From Octopus bimaculoides (lineage: Eukaryota), in assembly GCF_001194135.2 (NCBI RefSeq), contig NC_068986.1, forward strand, positions 63,631,583-63,680,773: 49,191 nt of DNA, in the 5' to 3' direction. Made by a program: the position numbers and the translations under genes. Positions 1 through 10,654 of this stretch are shown one piece after another (positions within the stretch are counted from its first letter, which is position 1; the number at the start of each line of letters is the position of its first letter). Below the pieces are notes generated by a model, which was given only the letters and a program-made list of their open reading frames with translations, was not told the origin of the DNA and made no database searches.

Positions 1-356
1 TGTATGGGTGTGCATGTGTATGCGGCTGTGTATGTAGGCGTGCGCGTATATATGGGTGCGTGTGTGTGTATATATGTGTGCGTATATATGGGTGTGTGTG
101 TGTATATATGTGCGTTCGTCTATATGTGTGTGTGAGGGTGTGCATGTATGTTTGTCATGTATGTGGGCGGTATATATGTAAGGTGTGTGGGAGGTGTGTG
201 TGTAGGTGCATGGGAGGTATGTGAGGTATGTGTGAATGGGGGTATGTATGGGTTGTCAGGTGTGTGGGAGGTATTTGTGAATGGGGGTATATGTGGGTTA
301 TGTGTGCAAGGGTGTGTATGCTTGGGTGTGTGTGTGTGTGTATGTTTGCGTGATTG
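1..356. repeat. Degenerate (GT)n/(AT)n low-complexity tract running into an assembly gap
   Basis: Almost entirely GT/AT dinucleotide variants; the ORFs called here are V/C/Y-rich or N-filled artefacts. Confidence 0.9.
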
Positions 357-1112
357 NNNNNNNNNNNNNNNNNNNNNNNNNNNNNNNNNNNNNNNNNNNN
401 NNNNNNNNNNNNNNNNNNNNNNNNNNNNNNNNNNNNNNNNNNNNNNNNNNNNNNNNNNNNNNNNNNNNNNNNNNNNNNNNNNNNNNNNNNNNNNNNNNNN
501 NNNNNNNNNNNNNNNNNNNNNNNNNNNNNNNNNNNNNNNNNNNNNNNNNNNNNNNNNNNNNNNNNNNNNNNNNNNNNNNNNNNNNNNNNNNNNNNNNNNN
601 NNNNNNNNNNNNNNNNNNNNNNNNNNNNNNNNNNNNNNNNNNNNNNNNNNNNNNNNNNNNNNNNNNNNNNNNNNNNNNNNNNNNNNNNNNNNNNNNNNNN
701 NNNNNNNNNNNNNNNNNNNNNNNNNNNNNNNNNNNNNNNNNNNNNNNNNNNNNNNNNNNNNNNNNNNNNNNNNNNNNNNNNNNNNNNNNNNNNNNNNNNN
801 NNNNNNNNNNNNNNNNNNNNNNNNNNNNNNNNNNNNNNNNNNNNNNNNNNNNNNNNNNNNNNNNNNNNNNNNNNNNNNNNNNNNNNNNNNNNNNNNNNNN
901 NNNNNNNNNNNNNNNNNNNNNNNNNNNNNNNNNNNNNNNNNNNNNNNNNNNNNNNNNNNNNNNNNNNNNNNNNNNNNNNNNNNNNNNNNNNNNNNNNNNN
1001 NNNNNNNNNNNNNNNNNNNNNNNNNNNNNNNNNNNNNNNNNNNNNNNNNNNNNNNNNNNNNNNNNNNNNNNNNNNNNNNNNNNNNNNNNNNNNNNNNNNN
1101 NNNNNNNNNNNN

Positions 1113-1190
1113 ATAGCCTTGGGCCAACCAAACCCTTGTGAGTGGATTTGTTAGACAGAAACTGAAAGAAGCCCATTGTGTGTGTGTATG
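1113..1190 (+). mobile_element. CORE-type tRNA SINE, internal fragment
   Basis: atagccttgggccaaccaaacccttgtgagtggatttgttagacagaaactgaaagaagccc matches the central part of the full copy at 41282-41697. Confidence 0.8.
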
Positions 1191-1200
1191 GATATATATA

Positions 1201-1235
<35 letters not shown>

Positions 1236-1249
1236 AATTTAAAAAACAG

Positions 1250-2400
1250 AGAAAAAGAAGACAAGAAAAAAACCAACGTAAGGACATAGCACATATAAGA
1301 TGCTCAGAGAAGGGAAAGAGTGTTTGTTTTATGTTTCAAGCATAACTCTTCTTTGGAAACAGGAAACATAGGAAAGTCTGAAGGAAAAGGAAGAAGGAGA
1401 AAAAAATCACCAACAGCCTGCATGGAGTTACATTTTTGAAATGACCAGAAGTAGATGGACAAAGAGAAAGTGTGTGTGGTGTGTGTGTATGGTGCGTGTG
1501 TGGTGTGTGGTGTATAGTATGGGAAATAAAATATAAAAATTAATACAATTAATAATAAAAAATAAAAAATAAATCATAAATAATAAATAAAAATTGGTAA
1601 AATAAAAAAGTAAATAAATTATGTGAACAAATCAGTAACAGAAATAAATTAAATAAAAAAAATTAAATATAAATTAAAAAATAAACAAATGAAATAGTGA
1701 CAGAAATAAATAGAAAAATCAAAAATTCAGAATAAACCAATAACAAATAACGAATAAAAGAATACACAATAAAAAAAATGAAATAACCATATAAAAATGA
1801 ATGAAATAAAAGTAATAAATAACAAATTAATAAAAAATAATAAAAAAAATAAGATAGGGTAAAAAGTTTTTTAAGAAGGTTGTAGGGACAGTCATTGAGA
1901 GGGGAGGGTTGTGTTGAGTCCTAACTGAAACAAGTAACAGATAGGAAAGTGGATGTGTACGTGTAATACTGGAAATTAAATAAAAAAAAAATTGTGGCAC
2001 TTCTTGTTTTGATAAACATTTATTACAAAATTTTAAATAACACATCTTTTAAAATGTTCAAGCATTAGTATAGGCTTTCTAATGCCTTAAATTGCATTTT
2101 TTAAGATCCATGGTGCAATTAGATATTTCTTGCAACAATGTGTCAAGACGTTTTTAGGTAAATATAAGCTATTCTGGAAAGTTCTCGTAGCTTTCATCTG
2201 GATGATATCAGAAATAATTAGTATGTCAATTTGAGAATTATGTACAGTAAAATAAGAACATTTATGTTAGTTCTCAAAGGTTGGTATGTATTGTTATGCA
2301 ATTTTAGCAAGTTTTTCCTTATTGGCTTAATTGTTTTGTTTATAATAGTTGAAGAATTAAAGTAATTAAAACGGAAACTTTATTCCTTTAAGTACAACTA
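1250..2400 (-). mobile_element. Heavily decayed 3' part of a Penelope-like element (EN C-terminus, T-rich 3' UTR, terminal repeat)
   Basis: The minus strand reads ...TLLQEISNCTMDLKKCNL..K near 2100, resembling the C-terminal CxLC motif of PLE GIY-YIG domains. The minus-strand T-rich tract at 1520-1850 resembles the 3' UTR at 17520-17650. A decayed HHR-like core lies at 1331-1360. Confidence 0.35.
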
Positions 2401-2834
2401 CATATTTTGACTTCTATATTTGCAGATTAAACTCTTACACTAGCATTACACATCCAACCGAACATATTCACCACATTTTTAAACAGTTTTCACAACAATG
2501 CTTATGTTTTGCTACTATGCAACATTGCACTTCATACACCAGCATCATACTATCTGCTTGTCACTTTGAGATGGGCCTTATGTGCAACAGAAGTAATAAT
2601 TCACTGATTATTTTCCACCTTATCTCTAAATTGGATACTATCCTTTTTCAACATCAGTCACCACTGCTGGTTAGGTGATACTTCTAGTAAGCACTCTGGG
2701 TAACTGAAGGAATTTATTTCATGGGTGATCTGTTGCTCAGCTGAGAATTCTATGTTGCACCAGATCATCATAATATAAATTTAATAGTATTTGTCATCTC
2801 CAGTTTTACCACAAGATCTAATGACTTTTATGGT

Positions 2835-3030
2835 TGCTGTTGTTTAGCCCTAAGTCAGCCCTGATTGAACTAAGTGATGATCAAATTCCTTCTAGCCATG
2901 ACCATCCTGTCTTTTTATTCAGGTGTAGTTTGTATCTTAGATTACATTACACAATGTGTTCTATTTTTAAAATAGTATAGTGTGATTTGAGGGAGATTTC
3001 AGTGGTCCTTGTAGCAGATCAGTTGACAAT
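2835..3030 (+). repeat. Unclassified interspersed repeat
   Basis: Shares the motifs ttgtttagccc..gtcagccctgat and gtgtgatttgagggagattt with 18357-18495, 31795-31925 and 42255-42640. Confidence 0.45.
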
Positions 3031-3381
3031 ATACAGGTTCTTTTATTGTCTGGTGATGCCTGTGGTTATAAGGATCAGTGAGAAAACTCTGAATGTTATG
3101 CTGGCTAGACCAGAAAATGAGATAATCTCTTGCCTTCAACAGAAATTAATCATTTAAGGATGCTACTGTTATAATAAAATGATTACACATAAAGTCACAA
3201 CCACATTCCACTCTCCCTTCAGTAAGATCAAGTAAGACCTCGGATCAAGTAAGACCTAATGTTAATATGTGTGTGCATATGAATATAACATATACATATT
3301 TATATAATATATTTATAATATATATAAATATATAACATATAGAAAATATATATATATATATAATATATATTTATATATATA

Positions 3382-3750
3382 GGTGCAGGAGTGGTTGTGC
3401 GGTAAGTAGTTTGCTTACCTGCCACATGGCACCAGGTTCAGTCCCACTGCATGGCACCATGGGCAAGTGTCTTCTACTGTAGCCTCGGGCCAACCAAAGC
3501 CTTCTGAATATATATATATGTATGTATGTATGTATGTTTTTTGTGTGTCTGTCTTTGTCCCCCCAACATCACTTGACAACTGATGTTGGTGTGTTTACAT
3601 CACCATAACTTAGTGGTTCGGCAAAAGAGACCGATCGAATAAGTACTAGGCTTGCAGAGAATAAGTCCTTGGGTGGATTTGTTTGACTAAAGGCGGTGCT
3701 CCAGCATAGCCACAGTCAAATGACTGAAACAAATAAAGAATAAAAGAATA
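3382..3750 (+). mobile_element. CORE-type tRNA-derived SINE (OR2-like)
   Basis: A-box-like tggttgtgcgg, B-box-like ggttcagtccc, CORE-like ggcaccatgggcaagtgtcttctactgtagcctcgg, internal microsatellite, and tail ggcggtgctccagcat..gactgaaac; collinear with 41282-41697. Confidence 0.85.
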
Positions 3751-3759
3751 TAATATATA

Positions 3760-3875
3760 TACCGGATGAACTAACAACCAGACATGAGGTGCAGACGAGG
3801 GCAGTGGAATCAAACTCCTTTATACACCAAATGGACCAACAGTTGGGACAAAGGCACATACAGGATGTGAAACAC
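3760..3875 (+). mobile_element. CR1/L2-like LINE ORF2 C-terminal fragment
   Basis: Translates IPDELTTRHEVQTRAVESNSFIHQM, homologous to IPDEPMARNETQFRAAMSNSLIHQM at 35370-35467. Confidence 0.6.
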
Positions 3876-3879
3876 TCCA

Positions 3880-4950
3880 GACTGAGGAAATCAGTGAGTG
3901 CTGTAGATTTACTATGTTTGTCATATCTAAAAGAATGGAGGTGAGCAACATATCGTTGCTTAAAATATTTGGTTGATCCTATGTGTATGGCTGTAAACTT
4001 GTGTAATAGATTAAGGACAGTGCATTTGTAAATTACATTATATCTTCTGCAATAGGTTTGTAACAGGCAGATGGTTCCAGGACGACAATTACAATTAGGT
4101 GAATTTTGGGGAATGTGTTCAGGAATAGAGGCAGTAATGTCGTCAGAGGAGAGGTTAGAGAAGGGGGTAGAAGATTCTAGATTATTAGTATTATTAATGT
4201 CATCATTACCATCTTTGTTATTATTACTATTGTTGTTATTAATTGTACTATTAGTAAGGGTGGTAGAGATTGTGATGGTCTTCCGAGCAGTGTCAGTAGG
4301 ATGGGTTAGGTTGTGATTGTGGTCTAATGTAAGGGTATCTGTGTTGGAGCTGTGTGTGTGTTGAGTGTTCGTATGACTAGAGTCGTAATTATGTGAGTTT
4401 TGATAGTAAAGAGAAANNNNNNNNNNNNNNNNNNNNNNNNNNNNNNNNNNNNNNNNNNNNNNNNNNNNNNNNNNNNNNNNNNNNNNNNNNNNNNNNNNNN
4501 NNNNNNNNNNNNNNNNTATAAAATGTAATTTAGATTCAGTTGAATTAGGTACTTAAATTGAGGCACCTTGTTAGAACAAACTTATTTGCACGCTCAGATA
4601 ATATTAGGTAAGTATCAAACTCTACATAGAATTTCTTTCCACCTGATATTCATGCAGAGTATGCAGATGGCACAATCTAACTTAGTGAATAAATCCGCTC
4701 TTGTTTGTTCAGAAATGTACTTTATATAAAGATACTTTCCAAATACTTCTGAAGTGCAAATTCCAGGATAGGTGAGTAAAATGTAAATGAGTAACAAAGG
4801 TGTACAAGTGTCAATTCATTACGGCTGTTTCAAGAGACTCCTTTAATTGATCAATGAAAGCATTACATCATTACAAAGCTAACCATTCTTATCAGATGAC
4901 TGAATAAACTTCAAGCATAAAGGACAAGTTAGATATTTAAACATATTCAT
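3880..4950 (-). pseudogene. Penelope-like element ORF fragment: RT thumb/linker, low-complexity insert and GIY-YIG endonuclease
   Basis: An ATG-less open frame from the gap at 4416 to beyond 3880 reads ..NCNCRPGTICLLQTYCRRYNVIYKCTV..HIGSTKYFKQRYVAHLHSFRYDKHSKSTALT. At 4615-4900 decayed SSDK..LKES..LYT and TYP..FGKY..LFTK..LCMN align with the thumb/linker of the PLE at 16663-17502. Confidence 0.75.
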
Positions 4951-4955
4951 ATCAT

Positions 4956-5014
4956 CAATAGAGAGCAAATATTTACAATAGAGAGCAAATATTTACAATA
5001 GAGAGCAAATATTT
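4956..5014. repeat. 20-bp tandem repeat, about 3 copies
   Basis: Unit caatagagagcaaatattta read directly. Confidence 0.9.
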
Positions 5015-5874
5015 TAATTTTTTTGGCAGAATGGAAAAAGGGACAGTACAATGACAGACAAACCAGAAATTAGCTGAGGCTAGAATGGGGAGGGAGGGAT
5101 GAATGAGAATAGAGGCCCAGTTATCTACACATCAAAGACAATAGGGAGAATGTAGTCTTCAAGACATCTAAAATTAGATCTTTAGGGAGTTATAAGTTAA
5201 ATAGTATCATGACAGACAGTTCTACTATCTAAGAAAATGGAACTTTACATCAACACCAAAGGGTAGGTCATGGCATGGCAAACGAGAATGTCTGATTGGG
5301 GAGTGGTGATAATAAAAAGAAAAGAGAGGATAGGGATAGCTAATAAAGGGGAAGGAAAAAATTGAATTACTAAAAGGAATACCTCTTAAAGGATAATGGG
5401 TGGGATATAAGTTAAGAGGGAAGTGGAAGGAGTTACTTTTAAACTTAGTTTACTTATACTGTTAAAGCAAAATATAAATATATAGATATATAAAGGCTAG
5501 AAAGAAATTTCAAATATAACTAGATAAGGGGATGATGTATAATTTAATATATGATAATATAAGATTGCAGCATATGACAAATTTTATGAAAAAATTAAAA
5601 TCATAAATTGCCACTAGATTTTTATGCTATAAAAACTTTAAAAATATAAGGAAAAAAAAAGTAACAAAATAAAAATATAATCAAATGTAAATATAAAATG
5701 TAATATAAGAAAATATAGAAAATATAAAGGACATATATACAAAGGCTTGAAAATATAAAACAAAATATATAAAAAATATAAAGTGTAATAAAAATATAAT
5801 TTTATAATTTTAGGTTCCCAGTACACAGTGGGATATATGAAAAAAATTTTAAATTGTCAAAGTATTAATAAAAC

Positions 5875-6183
5875 TGTTGTATAGTGAAACTGTATACCCC
5901 TCCTGGTAAAAAGTGGTAGGAATCAGCCATTATAAATAGACCAGTAGCCGGTCATCAAGATAGGGCCAGGAGTTGAAGAGCCAACAGTTGACAGCTCTAG
6001 TTGGTATCTTGTAGAGCTATTAGCAACAGTAAGACAGAAGAAGTTAGTATACTGCTAATCTGGTACAAAGAGATACAACAGTATCCGATAACTAGTAACT
6101 ACTGTGGTTACTAGCGTAAAATAGCAACTACAGCACAATAGCAGCCACACATCACACCAGTAGGAGAAACCGACTTTACAACA
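5875..6183 (+). repeat. 5' LTR (309 bp)
   Basis: TG...CA termini; collinear with 7924-8483. Confidence 0.9.
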
Positions 6184-6329
6184 GTGGTGATATGGAAAAA
6201 CAAATTTATGCGGAATGAAAAAGAAAAGCACTCACACAGAGAGTTTAAACTAATTCACGTGGAAAATTAAATAACTCCACAAAAAAGAAACAAAAATCTT
6301 GTTGTACAACTTACAAAATCATAAAATAG

Positions 6330-7030
6330 GGAAGACTTGTTAGCTGAGATAGTTGGGTTGCAAAACAGCAGCAACAACAATTCAAGGAACAATGAGAACA
6401 ACAATAAAGACTGCAGCAGCAAATGTTACAACTAATGAAGTTGATAGCCAAACCGGAGAATACATTTTCGACTGACCATGTAGCAAATTCCATAAGCAAA
6501 TTCAAATATGACCTTGAAGAAGGAGTAACCTTCAAGGCTTACTTTCGAAGATTTGAACAAATTTTTGAAAAGAATGTCAGGATTGGACAGACAAAATGAA
6601 AATGCATCCAGTTTTAAGAAAACTAGCAACAGCAGAGCATGAGAAGTATAGTAACTTCATATTGCCAAAACAAGCAACCAGCATAAATTTCACAGTTGAC
6701 ATTTTGTGCAAAATGTTTAGTGAAAAAAAGCTCACTGTTTAATGCTAGATGGAAATGTTTAAACATAGAAAAGAGTGAAGATGAAGATTTACACAGGCAG
6801 AATCAATAAAGAATGTGAGAGATTTAGGTTGGATATGCTTACTCCAGATTCTTTCAAGTGTTTGATTTTTGCATAAGGATTGACAGATAAAAAGGATGCA
6901 AAAATCTGAATGAAAGTTCTAGCAAAACTGGAAATGAACCAGGATTTGACATTGCAGAATCTGTGGGAAGAGTGAGACATGATATTAAAATTAAGGCATG
7001 GCACAGAAGAAATTCAATGCAACGAGTTTT
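6330..7030 (+). pseudogene. Gypsy gag fragment (frameshifted)
   Basis: Reads STDHVANSISKFKYDLEEGVTFKAYFRRFEQIFEKECQDW..LRKLATAEHEKYSNFILPK, typical of invertebrate Gypsy (K02A2.6-like) gag. Confidence 0.65.
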
Positions 7031-7049
7031 TTTATATTACCGACTACAA

Positions 7050-7743
7050 AATGTGAACCTTGGCTGGAAGTGAAAACACCATGGTCCTGATTGCATATCG
7101 ATTTTGCGGGCCCGTTAAATGGATATCATAACTTAATAGTAGTGGATAGCTACACAAAATGACCTGAGGTCGCAAGATGTAAAAGACCAACATTATATAT
7201 GGTAATAAACTTCTTTGCAAGATTTGGTGTACCAGATATAATTGTCTCTGATAACAGAACACAGTGTGAATCCTGTGAGTTTAAAAGTTTCTGCAAGATG
7301 TTCATGCTAGAACATAAAACTATAGCACCGTATCACCCTGGATCAAATGGAAGAGCCAAATGGTTTGTGAATACTTTTAAGAGAGCTTTAAAGAAAGCTG
7401 ATAGGGAAGCCTGGATGAGGTCACAATCCAACAATTCTTAAGGGTATACAGGGTAACTCGGAACCCAAATGCACCAGAAGGAAGGTCACCAACAGAATTA
7501 ATGTTTGCCAGATTTGATAGTAAAGACATGCCCAAATTCTTTAGAATCGGTGATAAGGTATATGTAAGAATGTACAAAAATAGCAAGCAATACTGGGAAG
7601 GAGAAATTGTTACATACATAGGAAGAATGATGTATGGTGTAAGAAGCAAAAATGGAATGGAAAGGAGACATAGAAATCAGCTTAAGGAAAGAGTCATAGA
7701 AAAGGAACCAACAAGAGTAGAAATACTGATGGATTGGCTATAA
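7050..7743 (+). pseudogene. Gypsy integrase core and C-terminal domain (broken)
   Basis: PW..HIDFAGP..VDSYTK..FARFGVPDIIVSDN..APYHPGSNGRA..NTFKRALKK..GRSPTELMF..GDKVYVR..RHRNQLK. Confidence 0.85.
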
Positions 7744-8076
7744 GACACTTTTCAGGTTTCAACACTATTACAAGAAGTCGAAACTAGATGTACAAGGAAA
7801 AGGAAGAACATTGAATTCCTAAAAGTAGACCCTAAGAAGAAATGATACTGAGTATTAAAAAAAAGGAGGAGGTGGGGTGAAGAAAAGAAATTGATTGTTA
7901 AATGAAATAATTAAAAGGGAAAATGTTGTATGGTGAAACTGTATACCCCTCCCGGTAAAAAGCAAAAGGAGGTACCCATTACAAATAGACCAGTGGCCGG
8001 TCGTCAAGACAGGGTTGAGAGTTGAAGAGTTGACAGTTGACAGTTCTAGTCAGCGATAGCAAGACTGAAGAAGTTA

Positions 8077-8336
8077 ATACATTATTTACAATTGACAGAT
8101 ATTTGTCCTCATCTTGTTTGTTGTTAACCCAACGTTTCGGCTGATACACCCTCCAGCCTTCATCAGGTAATTTTGAACTTGGAGATTTTGAACTTGGGTT
8201 CTCATTCCTAAGGTATTTTTCGATGTTGTTATTATTATTGTTATTATTATTATTATTATTCAGGTCACTGCCTGGAATCGAACTCGGAATCTTGGGTCTA
8301 GTAGCCCACGCTCTTAACCACTACGCCATATGCCTG
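8077..8336 (-). mobile_element. tRNA-headed SINE carrying a hammerhead ribozyme
   Basis: Minus strand: A box TGGCGTAGTGG (8328-8318), B box GTTCGATTCC (8283-8274), (AAT)n spacer, then an HHR core. Flanked by the 11-bp TSD TGAAGAAGTTA (8066-8076 and 8337-8347), present once at the equivalent 5' LTR site (read there as agaagaagtta). Confidence 0.85.
8126..8170 (-). ncRNA. Minimal type I hammerhead ribozyme motif
   Basis: CUGAUGA-A-GGCUG-(10 nt)-CAGCC-GAAA-CGUU: conserved core, perfect 5-bp stem II, and palindromic ACGU as stem III. Stem I is poorly paired in this copy. Confidence 0.7.
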
Positions 8337-8700
8337 TGAAGAAGTTAGTGTAGTACTATTCCGGTACGAAGAGATGCAATGGTATCCAATGACTAGTAAC
8401 TATTGTGGCACTAGTGTAAAATAGCACCTACAGTACAACAGCAGTCACACATCACACCAATGGAAGGAACCCACTTTACAACGAAAACATACAAAGCTAT
8501 TAAAAAATATATGAATAGTATATAAAATTTTAAGATATAAGGATATAAGATATAAGATTTATGAAATATATGAAGAAATATAAGAAAATATCTGAGAGTA
8601 GAATTAGAATAAGAAACTATAATAAAAAAATTATCAAAAAATTATACTAAAAAAATTCTTTTTTTAAAAACGTATGTATGCATGTCTGTCTGTATGTATG

Positions 8701-9995
8701 TACAAGGGATGTATGAAAAGTCTTGAGCCTCATAAAAACAAAACATAGTACAAGACTTCTGATGATTTATTTTTCAACATAGTCCCTCTCGATGGCTGAA
8801 CACTTTCTCCAGTGGTGCTGAAGCGCCATTATCCTGGCGTAGAAGAACTCTTTTGTTTGAGACTCCAAGAAACTTCCTACAGCGTCTATGACATCATTGT
8901 CACTGACAAAACGGCGACCAGCCAGGGCTTTTTCATTTTGGGGAATAGATGAAAGTCAGAGGGGGTAAGTCTGGCGAATAAGGTGGATGGGGAACAAGTT
9001 CGTATCCACAATCACGAATTGTTGCCATAGCAACTACTGAGATGTGGGCTGGAGCATTGTTGTGATGAAAAAGTTCTCCTCTGGTGAACATTCCCGGCCT
9101 TTTTCTTTGATTGCTTCTTGGAGGCGTTTCAGTAGCTGAGAATAATACAGCCCTGTCATGGTGTGACCCTTTTCAAGGTAATCGATCAGCAAGACACCTT
9201 GAGAATCCAAAAAAAACTGACGCCATGACCTTGCCAGCTGAAGGAATGACCCTGGCCTTCTTTGGGGTAGGAGAAGATGTGTGCTTCCACTGCTTTGATT
9301 GTTCATTGGCTTCAGGCTTGTAGTGATGAACCCAACTTTCATCCATAGTAATGAAACGAGCCAGAAAATTCTCTTCATCGGCTTCAAACAGTTCCAGATT
9401 GCTCATGGACAAAGTGCACCTGGTGCATTTCTGGTCAGGAGTCAAAAGGCAAGGGACCCACCTTGCAGAAACCTTTGAGAACCCAATTTCTTTTGTTACA
9501 ATGTTGTCTGCTCTTTCAGTTGAGATGCCCAGTCTCTCGGCTATCTGATGACGTGATATTTGACAATCTTGCATTATCATTCCAACAGCAAGGTCAATGT
9601 TGTCCTCGGTGGTTGCAGTTGGAGGTCTCCCTGGTGTAGGATCATCATCCACACTCTCCCTGTCACAATGGAATTCATTTACCCAGCGTTTGACTGTTGC
9701 ATATGAAACAGCATTGTCTGTTAAGATTCTCACCATATCTTCATGGATTTCTGATGGAGTCATGCCTTTCTAATGAAGGTACTTTATGACAGCATGATAC
9801 TCAGTTTTCTCCATTTTCCTTGTAACCTCGACACTTGTTTATTCAAAAATCTGCAACAAAAAAAATTAAAATAACAGAATCATGAAAACGAGCAAGAATA
9901 CTCTGAAAAGACTGTACTTACCAGAAAAATTTGTTTCAACTACCTAGCAGCCCCGTTTCTAGGTTAGGCTCAAAACTTTTCATACACCCCTAGTA
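8701..9995 (-). mobile_element. Mariner (DD34D) DNA transposon, full length, inactive
   Basis: 30-nt inverted ends including TA TSDs (tacaagggatgtatgaaaagtcttgagcct versus the reverse complement of aggctcaaaacttttcatacacccctagta, 3 mismatches); about 1.3 kb. Confidence 0.92.
8768..9814 (-). pseudogene. Mariner transposase pseudogene
   Basis: MEKTEYHAVIKYLH*KGMTPSEIH..KRW..GRPP..WVP..TMDESWVHHY.., a frameshift, then ..IDYLEKG..HHDNAPAH..HPPYSPDL; contains a premature stop and frameshifts. Confidence 0.9.
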
Positions 9996-10105
9996 TATAT
10001 ATGTATGTATATATGTATGTATAGGTGAAAAATTCGGAGGGAGAGTCCATGTGGTGATAAATATAAATTAAGATGTAAGGTGGAAAAGCACAAAAATTTT
10101 GTTTG

Positions 10106-10628
10106 TCATCATCATCATCGTCGTCGTTTAACATCTGCTTTCCATGCTGGCATGGGTTGGATGGTTTGACTGAGGGCTGGTAAGCCAGAAGGCTGCACCA
10201 GTCTCCAATCTGATCTGGCAAAGTTTCTACAGCTGAATACCCTTCCTAACGCCAACCACTCTGAGAGTTTAGTGGGTGCTTTTACATGCTACTGGCATGA
10301 GGGCCAGTCAGGCAGTACTGGCATCGGCCACACAAAACTGGTACTTTTAAGTGCCACCTGCACAGAAGCCAGTCCGGCAGCACTGGCAACAACTACGTTC
10401 AAATGTTGTCTTTTATGTGCCACCGGTACAGGAGCCAGTGAGGTGATGCTGGTAATGATCATGCATGAATGGTGCTTTTTATGTGCCACTGGCACAGGTA
10501 CCAATCAGGCAGTATTGTCATCAGCCACAACAACGATTTCACATGCCTCAACAGGTCTTCGCAAGCATAGTTTATTGTCCAATGATTGAAAGGTACTCTT
10601 AAATGGGCTGGTTATACAGCACTGGTAC
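10106..10628 (-). mobile_element. RTE LINE 3' UTR fragment with tandem ~65-nt units and (GAT)n tail
   Basis: Same 3' end as the RT-bearing copy at 14208-15595. Confidence 0.85.
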
Positions 10629-10654
10629 AAATTCAACTGGTGTCTCTTTGCTAA

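Larger units (their letters stand above)
5875..8483 (+). mobile_element. Gypsy/Ty3 LTR retrotransposon, internally deleted (gag plus integrase, no PR/RT/RNase H)
   Basis: Paired LTRs tgttgta..tttacaaca/g; 5-bp TSD AAAAC (5870-5874 and 8484-8488); PBS-like gtggtgat at 6184; polypurine tract aaaagggaaaa before 7924. Confidence 0.9.
7924..8483 (+). repeat. 3' LTR, interrupted by a SINE at 8077-8336
   Basis: Collinear with the 5' LTR on both sides of the insertion. Confidence 0.9.

Noticed and set aside
120-1176. Long ORFs spanning N runs (also 10738-11557, 12735-13241, 24930-25516, 35111-35345)
   Set aside because: Their length comes from assembly gaps and simple repeats; they carry no coding signal.
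2400-2750. Minus-strand remnant reading FGWMCNASVRV, similar to the RTE C-terminus
   Set aside because: Probably a very old RTE fragment, but too decayed to delimit or call with confidence.
4071-4316. + strand ORF with a hydrophobic LLLLLL stretch suggesting a membrane protein
   Set aside because: It is the antisense of the Asn-rich PLE insert.
4534-4771. Apparent + strand exon pair with donors GTAAGT (4608) and GTGAGT (4772) and acceptor at 4712
   Set aside because: The frames do not join without a stop, and the region is explained as the antisense of a decayed PLE thumb/linker. A non-coding use cannot be fully excluded.
8260-8336. Functional tRNA gene
   Set aside because: It has A and B boxes but no clean acceptor stem or cloverleaf, and it is part of a TSD-flanked SINE.
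10270-10560. CRISPR-like repeat-spacer array
   Set aside because: The units are degenerate tandem repeats of an RTE 3' UTR in a eukaryotic genome, with no unique spacers and no cas genes.
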